63,375 bases of DNA, filler included, from Octopus bimaculoides (GCF_001194135.2; 7 parts of 7 records of this genome joined end to end with filler, not necessarily neighbours in it); one strand, 5' to 3'; shown: positions 26,654-40,015, counted from the whole stretch's first letter. Numbers and translations are program-made. The notes: generated from the letters alone by a model not told the origin.

Positions 26654-27655
26654 NNNNNNNNNNNNNNNNNNNNNNNNNNNNNNNNNNNNNNNNNNNNNNN
26701 NNNNNNNNNNNNNNNNNNNNNNNNNNNNNNNNNNNNNNNNNNNNNNNNNNNNNNNNNNNNNNNNNNNNNNNNNNNNNNNNNNNNNNNNNNNNNNNNNNNN
26801 NNNNNNNNNNNNNNNNNNNNNNNNNNNNNNNNNNNNNNNNNNNNNNNNNNNNNNNNNNNNNNNNNNNNNNNNNNNNNNNNNNNNNNNNNNNNNNNNNNNN
26901 NNNNNNNNNNNNNNNNNNNNNNNNNNNNNNNNNNNNNNNNNNNNNNNNNNNNNNNNNNNNNNNNNNNNNNNNNNNNNNNNNNNNNNNNNNNNNNNNNNNN
27001 NNNNNNNNNNNNNNNNNNNNNNNNNNNNNNNNNNNNNNNNNNNNNNNNNNNNNNNNNNNNNNNNNNNNNNNNNNNNNNNNNNNNNNNNNNNNNNNNNNNN
27101 NNNNNNNNNNNNNNNNNNNNNNNNNNNNNNNNNNNNNNNNNNNNNNNNNNNNNNNNNNNNNNNNNNNNNNNNNNNNNNNNNNNNNNNNNNNNNNNNNNNN
27201 NNNNNNNNNNNNNNNNNNNNNNNNNNNNNNNNNNNNNNNNNNNNNNNNNNNNNNNNNNNNNNNNNNNNNNNNNNNNNNNNNNNNNNNNNNNNNNNNNNNN
27301 NNNNNNNNNNNNNNNNNNNNNNNNNNNNNNNNNNNNNNNNNNNNNNNNNNNNNNNNNNNNNNNNNNNNNNNNNNNNNNNNNNNNNNNNNNNNNNNNNNNN
27401 NNNNNNNNNNNNNNNNNNNNNNNNNNNNNNNNNNNNNNNNNNNNNNNNNNNNNNNNNNNNNNNNNNNNNNNNNNNNNNNNNNNNNNNNNNNNNNNNNNNN
27501 NNNNNNNNNNNNNNNNNNNNNNNATATATATATATATATATAAGTACTAGCCTTTAAAACAAATAAAACTACGAGTTTAGTTGATTTGTTCGACTAAACA
27601 TTTCAAGGTCGGTGCTCCAGCATGGACGCAGTCCAATGACTGAAACAAATGAAAG
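26474..27655 (+). mobile_element. SINE family A with expanded internal microsatellite spanning an N gap
   Basis: Head 26474-26607 (B-box segment deleted), (TA)/(TG)n and gap, tail 27540-27655. Confidence 0.75.
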
Positions 27656-28279
27656 GAGAAAAATATGTTATAGTTGTATAGCCTAATGTCTGCTCCGATT
27701 AATCAGACTTATAGTCAAGGTGGTTCCTACCGTGACCATCTCCTCTCTTTAATAACTTAGGACCTCGCAATGCAATGTATCGCTAAAAGTGAAATTTGAA
27801 GTTATTCGACTGCTATTTCTAGCAGGTCGAGTGACCACATAAAATCTCGCTGTTTAATGATGATCAACGGTGAGGTCATCAGGTATAAAAGATATGTCAT
27901 TTGTCGCAATAACGGTATCAGGTCATCTGTGATCAGCGATTAACCAATATGACTCACGGAAAAGAACAGCAACGTCCTCTACATACGACACAGTAGTTGA
28001 GTGAGTGCTAGTTAACGGAATGTAGCGAATAAAGCCGATTAACTAATATTAATTAAATCTGGTCAAAGCAATCTAGATTTATGGGCGGAGGTCTAAGAGC
28101 ATCAGACGACACATAATGCAATAATACTTTGGTACTTAGTGTTCTGTACTCCAATTCCATCAAGGGTAACTTTTCTTTTCATCATTCCGAAATCGATAAA
28201 TAACGTTTTCAAGTCATGGACCAAGGTCTGCAGTTTTTTGAGCAGAGACAAAAGTCGATTGCATCGAACACAGCACATG

Positions 28280-28940
28280 ACAGGTACTCATTTTATAAAT
28301 TTTATCGTCCCCGAAAGGATGAAAGGCAAATTTCAACCTGGCTGGTATTTGATCTGAGAACGTAAAATCAGACGAAATGCCGTTCAGAATTTTGCCCGGC
28401 GTGCTAACGATTCAGTCAGATCGCTGCCTTAAAGCAGACAAATAACCTACCATCCCCAAAGCGAGGATTAGAGTTGGACCGGATTATTTGTAGTATTTGC
28501 TCCGTTCATTGCTTTCTGAGTTCAAATCCTTCTGAGGTCAACCTTGCATTTCATCCCTCTCAGGGAGATAAATAAAGTCTAGGGCGGCGGATTAACAGAA
28601 ACGTTAGAGAATCGGAGTAGTCACTTGGTAATATTTACTCCGATGCATTGCGTTCTGAGTTCAAATCCTGTCAAAGCTAACCTGTATTTCACCCTTCTGG
28701 AATCGATAAAGTACCAGTCAAGGGCGAAAACATGTCGGATTAGGCTCTTGTATGTTTTGTTCCAGCTCATTGCGTTGTGAGTTCAAATCCTGCAAAGTCT
28801 TTCTTGCGCAATAGACCTTAAACGTCGCCCCTTTAATATCACCACCATGTAAGGCGGCGTGCTGGTAGAAACGTTAGCACGCCGGGCGAAATGCTTAGCG
28901 GTATTTCGTCTCTATTTACGTTCTGAGTTCAAATTCCACC
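28280..28940. mobile_element. Cluster of five SINE family B heads (one minus 28280-28430, four plus 28490-28940)
   Basis: ttctgagttcaaatcc (or a variant) at ~28515, ~28655, ~28780, ~28925, plus a reverse-complement copy. Confidence 0.8.
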
Positions 28941-29497
28941 AAGCACACACACACATACATACATACACACACATACGCACACACATGTATATATATACAT
29001 AAATATATATATACATATATAAATATATATACATATATATGTACATATATATATATATANNNNNNNNNNNNNNNNNNNNNNNNNNNNNNNNNNNNNNNNN
29101 NNNNNNNNNNNNNNNNNNNNNNNNNNNNNNNNNNNNNNNNNNNNNNNNNNNNNNNNNNNNNNNNNNNNNNNNNNNNNNNNNNNNNNNNNNNNNNNNNNNN
29201 NNNNNNNNNNNNNNNNNNNNNNNNNNNNNNNNNNNNNNNNNNNNNNNNNNNNNNNNNNNNNNNNNNNNNNNNNNNNNNNNNNNNNNNNNNNNNNNNNNNN
29301 NNNNNNNNNNNNNNNNNNNNNNNNNNNNNNNNNNNNNNNNNNNNNNNNNNNNNNNNNNNNNNNNNNNNNNNNNNNNNNNNNNNNNNNNNNNNNNNNNNNN
29401 NNNNNNNNNNNNNNNNNNNNNNNNNNNNNNNNNNNNNNNNNNNNNNNNNNNNNNNNNNNNNNNNNNNNNNNNNNNNNNNNNNNNNNNNNNNNNNNNA

Positions 29498-29530
<33 letters not shown>

Positions 29531-30279
29531 ATGTATGTATCTCACATTAAAATAGAGATGTTATTGTTTCATTTTTGACACGTAATACAGAAATTGCGTG
29601 AGAGATAAGAGATTGCTCCGAGCTCGCATTAGGCAAGAAATTGAAAACTTTATTGGCCCATGATACTTCATTGACCCTAAGTAAAATGTGTAAAATTTGA
29701 GTGAAATCGGTTGAGTAGTTCTGGATCTTTAGTAATCCACACATATAGACAGACAGGCAGTCAGACAGACTGACAGACAGACGCATATTCTCAGTTTTAC
29801 ATATATATATAAATTTTGGAACACATAAGGATGAAAGTCAAACGAGATTTTGGGGAGCTGAACAGAACTTAGGAAACCGAAACAATTATTGCAAAGCTGC
29901 GACAAAATGTAGGGCCTCGTCAGATCTTTAGAGCATCAGACAAAATTCTTCAGCTCTTTACATTCTAGCATTCAAATCTCAGGGAGCCATCTTTGCCTTT
30001 CTTTCTTCAACAACTTGTTTCAAAAAGATTGCTAACCTTGCGCCTAAATGAGAGCAGGTCTAACAGACGCCGCTCATTCACCTTAACGGATCTGTTAATT
30101 CGCTGCCTAATCCTAATTTTAATTAAATACATTTTAGATTAAGCCTTGACCAGATTTCATAATCATTAGTCACTGAGCTGTTGTTTGTCTCTCTCTCTCT
30201 CTCTCTCTATATTCACTTGCGTCTGGAATTTTCATTAATTCACATTGTTGTGTTTTGTATATTAAACATATGTCTGCTA

Positions 30280-30415
30280 GGCGCAGACATGGCTGTGTGG
30301 TTAGGAAACTCGCTTCGCAACCACTGCACAGCACCATGAGAAGTATCTTCCACTATACCACTGGGATAACTAATATCTTGTGAGTGAATTTGGCAGATGG
30401 AAACTATGTGAAGTG
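30280..30415 (+). mobile_element. SINE family A head (internally deleted)
   Basis: gcgcagacatggctgtgtggttaggaaactcgcttcgcaacca...ttgtgagtgaatttggcagatggaaact, followed by microsatellite. Confidence 0.75.
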
Positions 30416-30655
30416 GTCACACACACACACATATGTATATATNNNNNNNNNNNNNNNNNNNNNNNNNNNNNNNNNNNNNNNNNNNNNNNNNNNNNNNNNN
30501 NNNNNNNNNNNNNNNNNNNNNNNNNNNNNNNNNNNNNNNNNNNNNNNNNNNNNNNNNNNNNNNNNNNNNNNNNNNNNNNNNNNNNNNNNNNNNNNNNNNN
30601 NNNNNNNNNNNNNNNNNNNNNNNNNNNNNNNNNNNNNNNNNNNNNNNNNNNNNNN

Positions 30656-30992
30656 TAAAGCAGGTGTATACGAAGTACGATCATTGCTAGAAATAGCAGT
30701 CGGTAAGTTTACGGCGCTATGTAGAGCTTCACTGAATGCTTACAGGCAGAGATGCGTGCGGGCAGTGAATATAGGAAAATTCTGTCGTACCTCTACGGAG
30801 ACCGTAAGAGGAATAAAGGATAACTCGATACCGAGGCTTCAGACCCTTCAGATCATCAATCAGTAGAGGCAAAACAGAATGTTTCTGTATTCACCTCCCT
30901 CACACATCTCCGCCTGTGAAGCTCTACATAGCACCGTATACTTACCGGCTGCTATTTCTAGCAATGCTCGTACTTCGTGTACACCAGCTTTA
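30656..30992. mobile_element. Foldback/MITE with long TIRs
   Basis: 30656-30732 vs reverse complement of 30916-30992 match 71/77; similarity extends ~40 bp further inward after a 9-bp indel; ends abut TA-rich sequence. Confidence 0.85.
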
Positions 30993-31119
30993 TATATTTA
31001 TAATTCTACCTATGTGGTGCTTTATTCTTGCTGGAATATTATCTTAAAGATATTTATATTTTCATGTATACACACACACACATACACACAACAACAACAA
31101 TGTTTATGGACTAACATGA

Positions 31120-31620
31120 CAATTTTTAGAGCCATAATTCAGCGTTTAGGAGCTTACATGATTGCATTTTGGGGTTTACATAATGTTTATAGGCAAACAT
31201 GACAAGCTTAGAGCTTTATATGATATTAATAGTATTTAGAAGATTACATAATATTTTGGATTTTACATGGCAAGGATTTAAAAGATGGCACATTAGGAGT
31301 CTACATGACAATATTTCGGGGCTAATATGACTATCTTTAAGGGTCTAATGATACAATTTTTAGAGCCTTGTGTTATAGTGTTTAGCAGTTTATTAAACAA
31401 TATTTGCAGGGTTATGTGGATATGTCTAGGGATGTACATCATAGCACGTAGGAGCTTACATAACAGTGTTTAAAAGTTTAATTGGCAGTGTCTTGGGGGT
31501 TTGCATGATAGCAATTACGGACTTACATGACAACACTTAGGGGATAATATGCCAGTTTTTAGAGCCTTAAATGATAGTGCTTAGGGGCTAACACGACAGA
31601 TTTTAGAGCCTTTTATTACA
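31120..31620. repeat. Degenerate ~24-bp minisatellite (ttacatgacaatttttagag-like)
   Basis: Repeated acatgaca/atttttagag/ggagcttac words. Confidence 0.65.
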
Positions 31621-32199
31621 ATGTTTAGTGTTTATTGATGCAGCAGCTATTTTATACACAAGTGCTTTTGTTTTGAATTTGTTTCGAGTGAGAGGGAAAA
31701 ACAGAGCATGATATTTCAGTAGTGAGTTGACATATTTTAAATGCAACCCGTTACTTGGAGGTGATCGCGCATGTAGTACCAAAGTCAAAGAAGAATGGAG
31801 CTACTTTCAGTAAATAGCTGTGCCTCTCAGTTATTCAGACGATTTTTCATGATCTTTATAACTCAGAAAACCCAACACAACCATCACCATTTGCTCGGTT
31901 TGAACCATCTTGGTAAAAGCAAATCCGATAACCACTTGTTTGAATTCCGTGTGTGTGTGTGTCTTTCCCTAGAAAATTCTTATCGAGTGTTGTATTTGTA
32001 TTTGTTTTCAATCGCACTATTCCTAGTCGTGTTTCCTTTTATTATCTCGGATTTCTAAGCAATTCTTAAATAACTTCACAACAGATATTGCATATTTCAG
32101 TGACTCTACTTATCAGTTTGCAAATTCTAAGCAGATTTTTAAGGAGCATACAGTATTAATCTGAAATTAAAGCGCCTGATATTCTTTTCAGAGCAACAC

Positions 32200-32720
32200 A
32201 GACGTCTGACAGTAAACATGATATATGCTTATAAGATAATAACAGGAAACGTCAAACCGAACAAAGACGACATGTTGGAATTCCATTAGTCATCAACAAG
32301 AAGCTCTTCACATAAATTAGCAAACAAAGAAACGCAACAATCTAGGGCTACAAACTCAGAATCAATTACCAGGAGTAGCTGTTGAATCGAAGGCATCCCA
32401 GTCAATTCAAAGAATAGCTTTCATAAATATACGTAGAACGTTCTATCTATTCGAAAATGTCCTCTTTAATATGCAGAAACTGCGAGTGTATTACAGCCGA
32501 ATTGGCATTTACAGGTTTTTGCCTATCAGTCAGCCATAAAATTCTGTAGAATGTGATGAATATAAAATGCGAATCAGCAGCACTCCAAGATCTCTTGAAC
32601 GAGCGGCGATTGCAGCACTGACCCATAATATTGGCTTCATAATGGTCCAGTACTAATTAATATAATGTTCCAATAGCATCGTCTTTCTTTAATTGACACG
32701 ATCCCAAATTCTGAGATGAG
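32200..32720 (-). mobile_element. Highly decayed CR1/L2-like LINE 3' remnant
   Basis: Minus-strand fragments LDHYEANIMGQ, IFITFYR, KSFLLMT-WNS appear in the order expected for the LEYCSxIW...LFYRY...SFFxRTxxLWNS motifs; many stops. Confidence 0.45.
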
Positions 32721-33051
32721 AGCGTCGTTAAGTGGGTAGCTTACTTGTTTGCAGCAAATCTGACTCACCGATTTCACAAAATCTCTGACCGGATAAACAG
32801 ATAGCAGCTTTCTATTCCTCTTTCACCTTCCTTCTTTCTATCTTTTCTCTTTCTTTCTTTCCTTCTTTCTACCTCTCATTCTTTCTTTCTTTCTTTCTTT
32901 CATTTATCCTTTCCTTATTCATTTATTTCTGTATTTCTTGCATTTGTCTATTGAGTGAACATCACGCCCGGACAGTATTTCCCTTCCTGCAAATTCTCCA
33001 TTCCTCCTCCTCCTACTCCCTCTTCTCCACCTCATTTTTCTTTATTCTTCA

Positions 33052-33087
<36 letters not shown>

Positions 33088-33109
33088 ACTTTTTATTCTT
33101 ATTATTATT

Positions 33110-33540
33110 AAGGCAATGAGATGACAGAATTGTTAGCACGTGGGGCGAAGTGGCTGATGGGACTTAGTCCATTTTTACATTCTCAATTAAATTCCGCCGA
33201 GGTCTACTTTGCCTTTCATCCGTTCTGGGGCGATGAAAATAAGTACCAGTTGAATACTGTGGTTGATGTAATAGACTTATCCCTTCCCACAAAGGTTGAT
33301 TGCCTTCTGCCAAAATTTGAAACCATCATCATCATCATTATCATCATTGTTCGTGCAGGCAGAATCGTTTGCACGCTGGACGAATTGCTTAGCGGTATTT
33401 CGCCCTTACCTAAGCTCTGAGTTCAAATTCCGCTGAGGTCGACTTCGCTTTTCATCCTTTCGGGGACAACAAATAAATATCAGTTGAGTACTAATCTAAT
33501 CGACTGGCCTCATTTCTAAAATTTCAGGCCTTGTGGCTAT
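33110..33540 (+). mobile_element. Two tandem SINE family B copies (33110-33325, 33353-33540)
   Basis: aaattccgccgaggtctactttgcctttcatcc...aaataagtaccagttga, and a second copy with aaattccgctgaggtcgacttcgcttttcatcctttcgggg. Confidence 0.85.
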
Positions 33541-33550
33541 AGTATTATTG

Positions 33551-33639
<89 letters not shown>

Positions 33640-34228
33640 ATTCAACCTCCACCACCACGATAAGAGTCAATATCCCCATCTTTTCCTTCCCCTCTTCCTG
33701 CTCTTGCTCCTCCTGCCTTCCTCTCCTCTTCTCCCTCCTCTTCTCATTATCATCATCATCATCATCATAATCATCATCATCATCATCAGCATCATCATCT
33801 TAATCGCTAGAAATAAGAAAGGAATGCCTGGCGGTATTTAGTTAAGTCCTTTTACTCACTTATTGAATGTGACATTTGGGTCACGTTAGGTCGATAACAG
33901 GTCGAAGAAAATAAGAATTACATATCAATATATACGACTATGTTTGACAATAAAGGGCTTCAGAGGTATAAGGTACTAATGAATATGTGTGCGTGTGCTG
34001 TGTGTGTGTGCATGCGTGTGTGTTTGTGTGTATGTGTGTGTGTGCATTTGTGTATAGGCAAACAGGTAAAATAGAACTCAAAATATGAGTATATGCATAT
34101 CTTTATTAATATTTAGCGGACGCAACAGGGTGACTCAAGGTCTGGGAGTTTCGTGCGTTGGCCCTTATCAAACTATATATATATGTAAAGGTAAGTTCCA
34201 GGCATCAAAGTGTAGGAAGATAATGTGC

Positions 34229-34556
34229 GTTCTGTTAGAATAAATCCTACTATTGTAGAAAGCATGAGAAAAACTCCCATACAGACTTTTGTTGCAGAAT
34301 CCATAATTGTTTGTTTATATTGCCAGCGGACTGATAACTACCCATCAACTGCAGCAACGTGACCGCCAGATCCCGTGATTTCGATCTTCTTTGATCTCAT
34401 CCGCGATAGACGCTCGACCGCCAGAGATAGCAGTGACTCATACCCGCTAGCAATATATAGACAAGTTGTGCCAGAACAGGCATTGATATCAAAATTAAGT
34501 AGTGAGGTATGACACTCTCCTGGTTTCTACCTCAGTAAAGTTCGTTCTAACAGAAC
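34229..34556. mobile_element. Element with ~33-bp imperfect terminal inverted repeats (MITE or LTR-like)
   Basis: gttctgttagaataaatcctactattgtagaaa vs reverse complement of tttctacctcagtaaagttcgttctaacagaac (outer 12 bp perfect). Confidence 0.45.
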
Positions 34557-35341
34557 ATCNNNNNNNNNNNNNNNNNNNNNNNNNNNNNNNNNNNNNNNNN
34601 NNNNNNNNNNNNNNNNNNNNNNNNNNNNNNNNNNNNNNNATATATATATATATATATATACATACATACATACATGTGTGTGTGTTTCTGTGTATGTGTG
34701 TGTGTATGTATGTGTGTAGAAGAGCGCTTGTACATGTGGAAGAAAGTTGCATTAAACTCATTGAATTCAAGTTGTGTCAATTAAGTGGTGTTGTGTTAAT
34801 TCGTTTCTACATTCCTTAACGTTTCCTTGCCTTAGAACGTTTACACATTACTTTCTGTGAACCATATGACCTAAAATGATTAAGTTCTGCTCAAATATTA
34901 TCAACGAGAATTTCTTTTTAAACTCTTAAATTCGTTTCACACTGATGCCGAACAGCCAATGATATAGAGATGCGGTGCATTCATGCAAGTTTAGCTGACT
35001 CAATCTTTTAAGTGTATGTACGTATGTATGTATGTATGTATGTATTTATGTATGCATGTATGTATGTATGTATGTATGTATGTACGTATGTATGCATGTA
35101 TGTATATGTATGTATGTAAGTATTATGGTATTCAGTTTTATTTCAAGATTTCTTGCCAATAGGGAATGAGTGGGTTTCCAACCTAGATCCAAGACTCCAT
35201 CACTGGAATTTCATCAACAACAGATCATGTATGTATGAGTGTATGTATGTATGTATGTATGTATGTATGTATGTATGCATGGATGTGTGTATGCATGTAT
35301 ATATGTATTCCTGTATATATGTATGCATGTATTTATATATG

Positions 35342-35520
35342 TAGGAGAATTACGAAAAAACAACAACAGACGAGGACAGGTGGTGTAAATAACAAAAGGA
35401 TGTATTAGTATGACGCTCGGGAATAGAGAAAGTCTTTGACGTTTCGAGCTACGCTCTTCAACAGAAAGAATACGGAGACAAGGAGAAAAACACGGAGAAA
35501 AAAAATTGAATAGTGTTCAG
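35342..35520 (-). mobile_element. Penelope-like pseudo-LTR fragment
   Basis: Contains the PLE-type hairpin signature ctgttgaagagcgtagctcgaaacgtc; flanked by microsatellites. Confidence 0.55.
35433..35469 (-). ncRNA. Minimal type-I hammerhead-ribozyme-like motif (variant core)
   Basis: Minus strand: UCUUU-CUGUUGA-A-GAGC(GUA)GCUC-GAA-ACGU-C-AAAGA, i.e. 5-bp stem I, 4-bp stem II, palindromic stem III; core position A6 is U. Confidence 0.5.
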
Positions 35521-36090
35521 TCAACGGTCAATCATATTTGCGCATACTTGCAAGTATGCATGCATGTATGTATGTATGTATGTATGCATGTATGTATGTA
35601 TGTATGTATGTATGTATGTATGTATGTATGACCCGTGGCTATCTTTGTCATTCTTTTTCCTTCGGCCACCAGCTTGGTCGGAAACGCTTCTTCGTGCATC
35701 TTCACTTTTTTCTTCACGGTCTGTTTACTTATTCATTCGTTCTGCCCTTTTGCGCTTCCAATACTTTCGGACTTTTTCATTTTCCTTTGCGTTGCCCACA
35801 TTTATCTGACTGCGAGCCGTACGGTTTTTCTCTTTTAGTCATGTCTGTTTTCGTCATTGTCCTGTACGTTCATTAGCTATTCCCAGCGGTTTTTGGTACT
35901 GGCGCTTCCAATGAAGGAGCAACTCAACAATAACGGCATACAACCGTGATGAGATTTGGACGTTGACTGATGAGGAATTAGCTACGAAATTTCCGTGTAT
36001 TTGGTTTTGTTAAATTTTCTGGTTGTTATGTTTTTTTTTAATTCCTTCAAATACTTATATAAACCAACGCACTCCTTATATTTTTTATTA

Positions 36091-36131
<41 letters not shown>

Positions 36132-36316
36132 GAGTGGAGGGACAAACATAAGAAGAGTACCCAACCATATAGTTTGGCGTGCATGTGTACATTGATGCGA
36201 CTGTGGGCATTTGTACATGGGCGTACATGCGCACGTCTGCATACACACACAAGCATATTCATTCATATGTACATATGTATATTCGCATGCATGTACGCCT
36301 GCATACCAGTGTGCGT

Positions 36317-36350
<34 letters not shown>

Positions 36351-37429
36351 TCATATATATGTACCAGTAATGTGGCATCATGGGACCGCTAAAACGATGC
36401 AAAGCACATTGTGATCATCGATGTATTGCAACATCCGATAGCCTGGTCGGTCAGGTGATCACGTGATATATATGTATATACCTATATGTTTATTAAGTAT
36501 GTGTGTGTACGTATGTTAATATATTCTTACAATTTTCTATATGCATAGATTTATTTGTCAACGTGTTCGTCGACATCTCTGCCTATTTCTCACTCGCTCC
36601 AACTGACGCTGTTTTTATTATGGTGTGCTGGGATTTCTGTATAAACAAATATATACATATCTCATTATAAGTGTCAATTTGTATGTGCGTGTATGTATAT
36701 ATCGGCTGTGTATATACATGTATGTATATTCATGTATATATATACAAACATCTGTGAAGGTGTGCGTATGAATACACATACCCACATTCATTCATACATA
36801 CATACACATATATACACACAGGTATATATAAATACGTATATATATATATATATATATATNNNNNNNNNNNNNNNNNNNNNNNNNNNNNNNNNNNNNNNNN
36901 NNNNNNNNNNNNNNNNNNNNNNNNNNNNNNNNNNNNNNNNNNNNNNNNNNNNNNNNNNNNNNNNNNNNNNNNNNNNNNNNNNNNNNNNNNNNNNNNNNNN
37001 NNNNNNNNNNNNNNNNNNNNNNNNNNNNNNNNNNNNNNNNNNNNNNGCATAAACATACATACTCATACGCAGAATACTAGGAGAGAAAGCAAAGAAACAT
37101 GCATTCTACACACACAAACAACCCCCCACACACACATACCCCAACACGCACACATACACACTCACACACAAACACATATACCCCGCACACATACCCCACT
37201 ACATTCACACACACATATACACACACACACACAACACTCACACACTCACACACACACTCACACACGGTAATACGATAGGCGAAAAGAAATTTATTTCCTC
37301 TTTCACTAATTAATGGTAAATATATTTCGGGATATGATTTCCATATTTCTTCAGTTTTTTTTTAATGATTTTTGTTTATTTATTTATTTATTTAATTATT
37401 CATTTATTTATTCATTTATTTATTCATTT

Positions 37430-38120
<691 letters not shown>

Positions 38121-38639
38121 GTAGATAGATATATAAATAAATATATAATAAATGTGGAAGAGAAGAACATTCAGCAGAAATCTAGAAAGCTTTGAAATAT
38201 GTTCAGCAACAAATTACCATCCACTGAAGATTATTTAGCAATAAAATGAAGAAATATCTATTTTAAAAGCTCAAAGACAACGAAAGAAAACGTATAAAAT
38301 ATGTAACTACCAGAATTCAACAAGATGGAGTCATCAGTTCAAATGTACTTGCATTGATGAAAAATGTTTTAAGTACATTTAGTAGAGTCCGACTAATTAG
38401 GTCTGCATTTACTAACTGCGTGGTGGTGGCGGTGGTGGTGGTGGTGGTGGTGGTGGTTGTGGTGGTGGNNNNNNNNNNNNNNNNNNNNNNNNNNNNNNNN
38501 NNNNNNNNNNNNNNNNNNNNNNNNNNNNNNNNNNNNNNNNNNNNNNNNNNNNNNNNNNNNNNNNNNNNNNNNNNNNNNNNNNNNNNNNNNNNNNNNNNNN
38601 NNNNNNNNNNNNNNNNNNGAAGTGGGTTGTGTTAATACA

Positions 38640-38645
38640 TTACTC

Positions 38646-38730
<85 letters not shown>

Positions 38731-38783
38731 GAGTGGTAGTAATAGTAGCAGTAGTAGTAATAGTAGTAGTAGTAGTAGTTGTG

Positions 38784-38815
<32 letters not shown>
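38640..38815. repeat. (GTA)n microsatellite
   Basis: Direct reading. Confidence 0.97.
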
Positions 38816-39077
38816 TGGGCGGTACTAACTGTGGAGCGGTTCTCGGTGAGTCATATCCATGGAATTGGCGTTATGTTAATGCTAGAGGATTCAGTTCTTT
38901 ACTAATCTTTGAGACGAGGAATAGTATCGTACCATGGCCATTTTTCAGAACCTCTGAGACTGTCAGGAACATGGAAAGAAGTTTTTCTAAGACGACAGGC
39001 CTGCCCAAAATTCTTGTGTTCTAATGGACTCGACTGAGATAGCCTCAAGTGCCAGATGATGATATAAAAACGTGATT

Positions 39078-39250
39078 AGTGCGGCGAGCTGGCAGGATCG
39101 TTAGCACGCAGGGCAAAAAGCTTAGTGGTGTTCTGTCCCATTTTACGTTCTGAGGTTTTTCATCCTTTTGTGTTCGATAAAATAAATATCAGTTGAGCAC
39201 CGGGGTTTATGTCAGCGACTTGTTGACTTTGTGCCAAAATTTGAAACAGA
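39078..39250 (+). mobile_element. SINE family B copy (internally deleted)
   Basis: gcggcgagctggcaggatcgttagcacgcagggc...tttacgttctgag...catccttttgtgttcgataaaataaatatcagttgagcac. Confidence 0.8.
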
Positions 39251-39426
39251 TATTATAACGGGATTAAAACTAGTCTGCTACTCATGAATAGCTTCCCTCT
39301 CTTTGTCTCTCTTTCACTCTTTCTTTCCCTTTCCTTCTCTCCCTTCCTCTCTCCCTCCTTTTGTCCTCTTTATGGCTCTCTATTAGTCTCTGTCTCACTT
39401 CATGACTCTCTTTCTCCCTCACACAG

Positions 39427-39576
39427 GTTTCTGTACAGTCTTCGAATGCCGAGTTCAACACAAACTGTTCCAGGAGATTTTATGGAAGAAGAGAGTGCAA
39501 TATTGATCCTGAAACCCAAGAGTTTGACAAGCATGCGTCTATTGATTATTCAATGGGAATTATTTGCTTGAAATAA
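39427..39576 (+). CDS. Candidate terminal coding exon, product unknown (weakly SRCR/lectin-like Cys spacing)
   Basis: ~130-nt pyrimidine tract ending cacacag; phase-0 frame VSVQSSNAEFNTNCSRRFYGRRECNIDPETQEFDKHASIDYSMGIICLK*. No upstream partner exon found, and a second frame is also open. Confidence 0.3.
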   Translation, partial: VSVQSSNAEFNTNCSRRFYGRRECNIDPETQEFDKHASIDYSMGIICLK

Positions 39577-39684
39577 TGTTGTTGATCTTCGTATCTTCAT
39601 ATTCGTACTATGCCATGCAGAAATGGGAACCACTCCACAACGTTTCATCAGAGGCAAATCTTATATATACATATATATATATAT

Positions 39685-40015
39685 ATACAAAATACAAAAC
39701 GCAACATACCATACTGCCTAGCCAGGAGAATATGTACTATTGTAGAGGATATAGAGACCAGAAATAAACGCCTGATGGAACTGAAAGAATTTCTGGTGAA
39801 GCAAAAATACCCATCACGACTCATAGAAAATGGTATTCAGCGGGCTTCGAAAATACCCATACAACGACTGAGGACACCGCAAAGAAAAGACAAACAGGAA
39901 AAGATCATTCCATTTATAGTGACACAAAATCCATGCCACCAGAACATCTTTAATATCGCCAAAGCGAACTTACCGATCCTTGCACAAAGTAAGGAATTGA
40001 GAAATATCATTACAG
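39685..40015 (+). mobile_element. Penelope-like element fragment 1 (RT thumb region)
   Basis: TKRNIPYCLARRICTIVEDIETRNKRLMELKEFLVKQKYPSRLIENGI...IIPFIVTQNP; truncated at an assembly spacer. Confidence 0.9.

Noticed and set aside
35967-35993. CTGATGA-G...C-GAAA hammerhead core on plus strand
   Set aside because: Core nucleotides are present, but stem II is only 1 bp and no stem I or III pairing can be drawn.
39639-39655. CTGATGAAACGTT on minus strand next to the Penelope fragment
   Set aside because: Stem II is missing entirely; at best a collapsed remnant and possibly chance.
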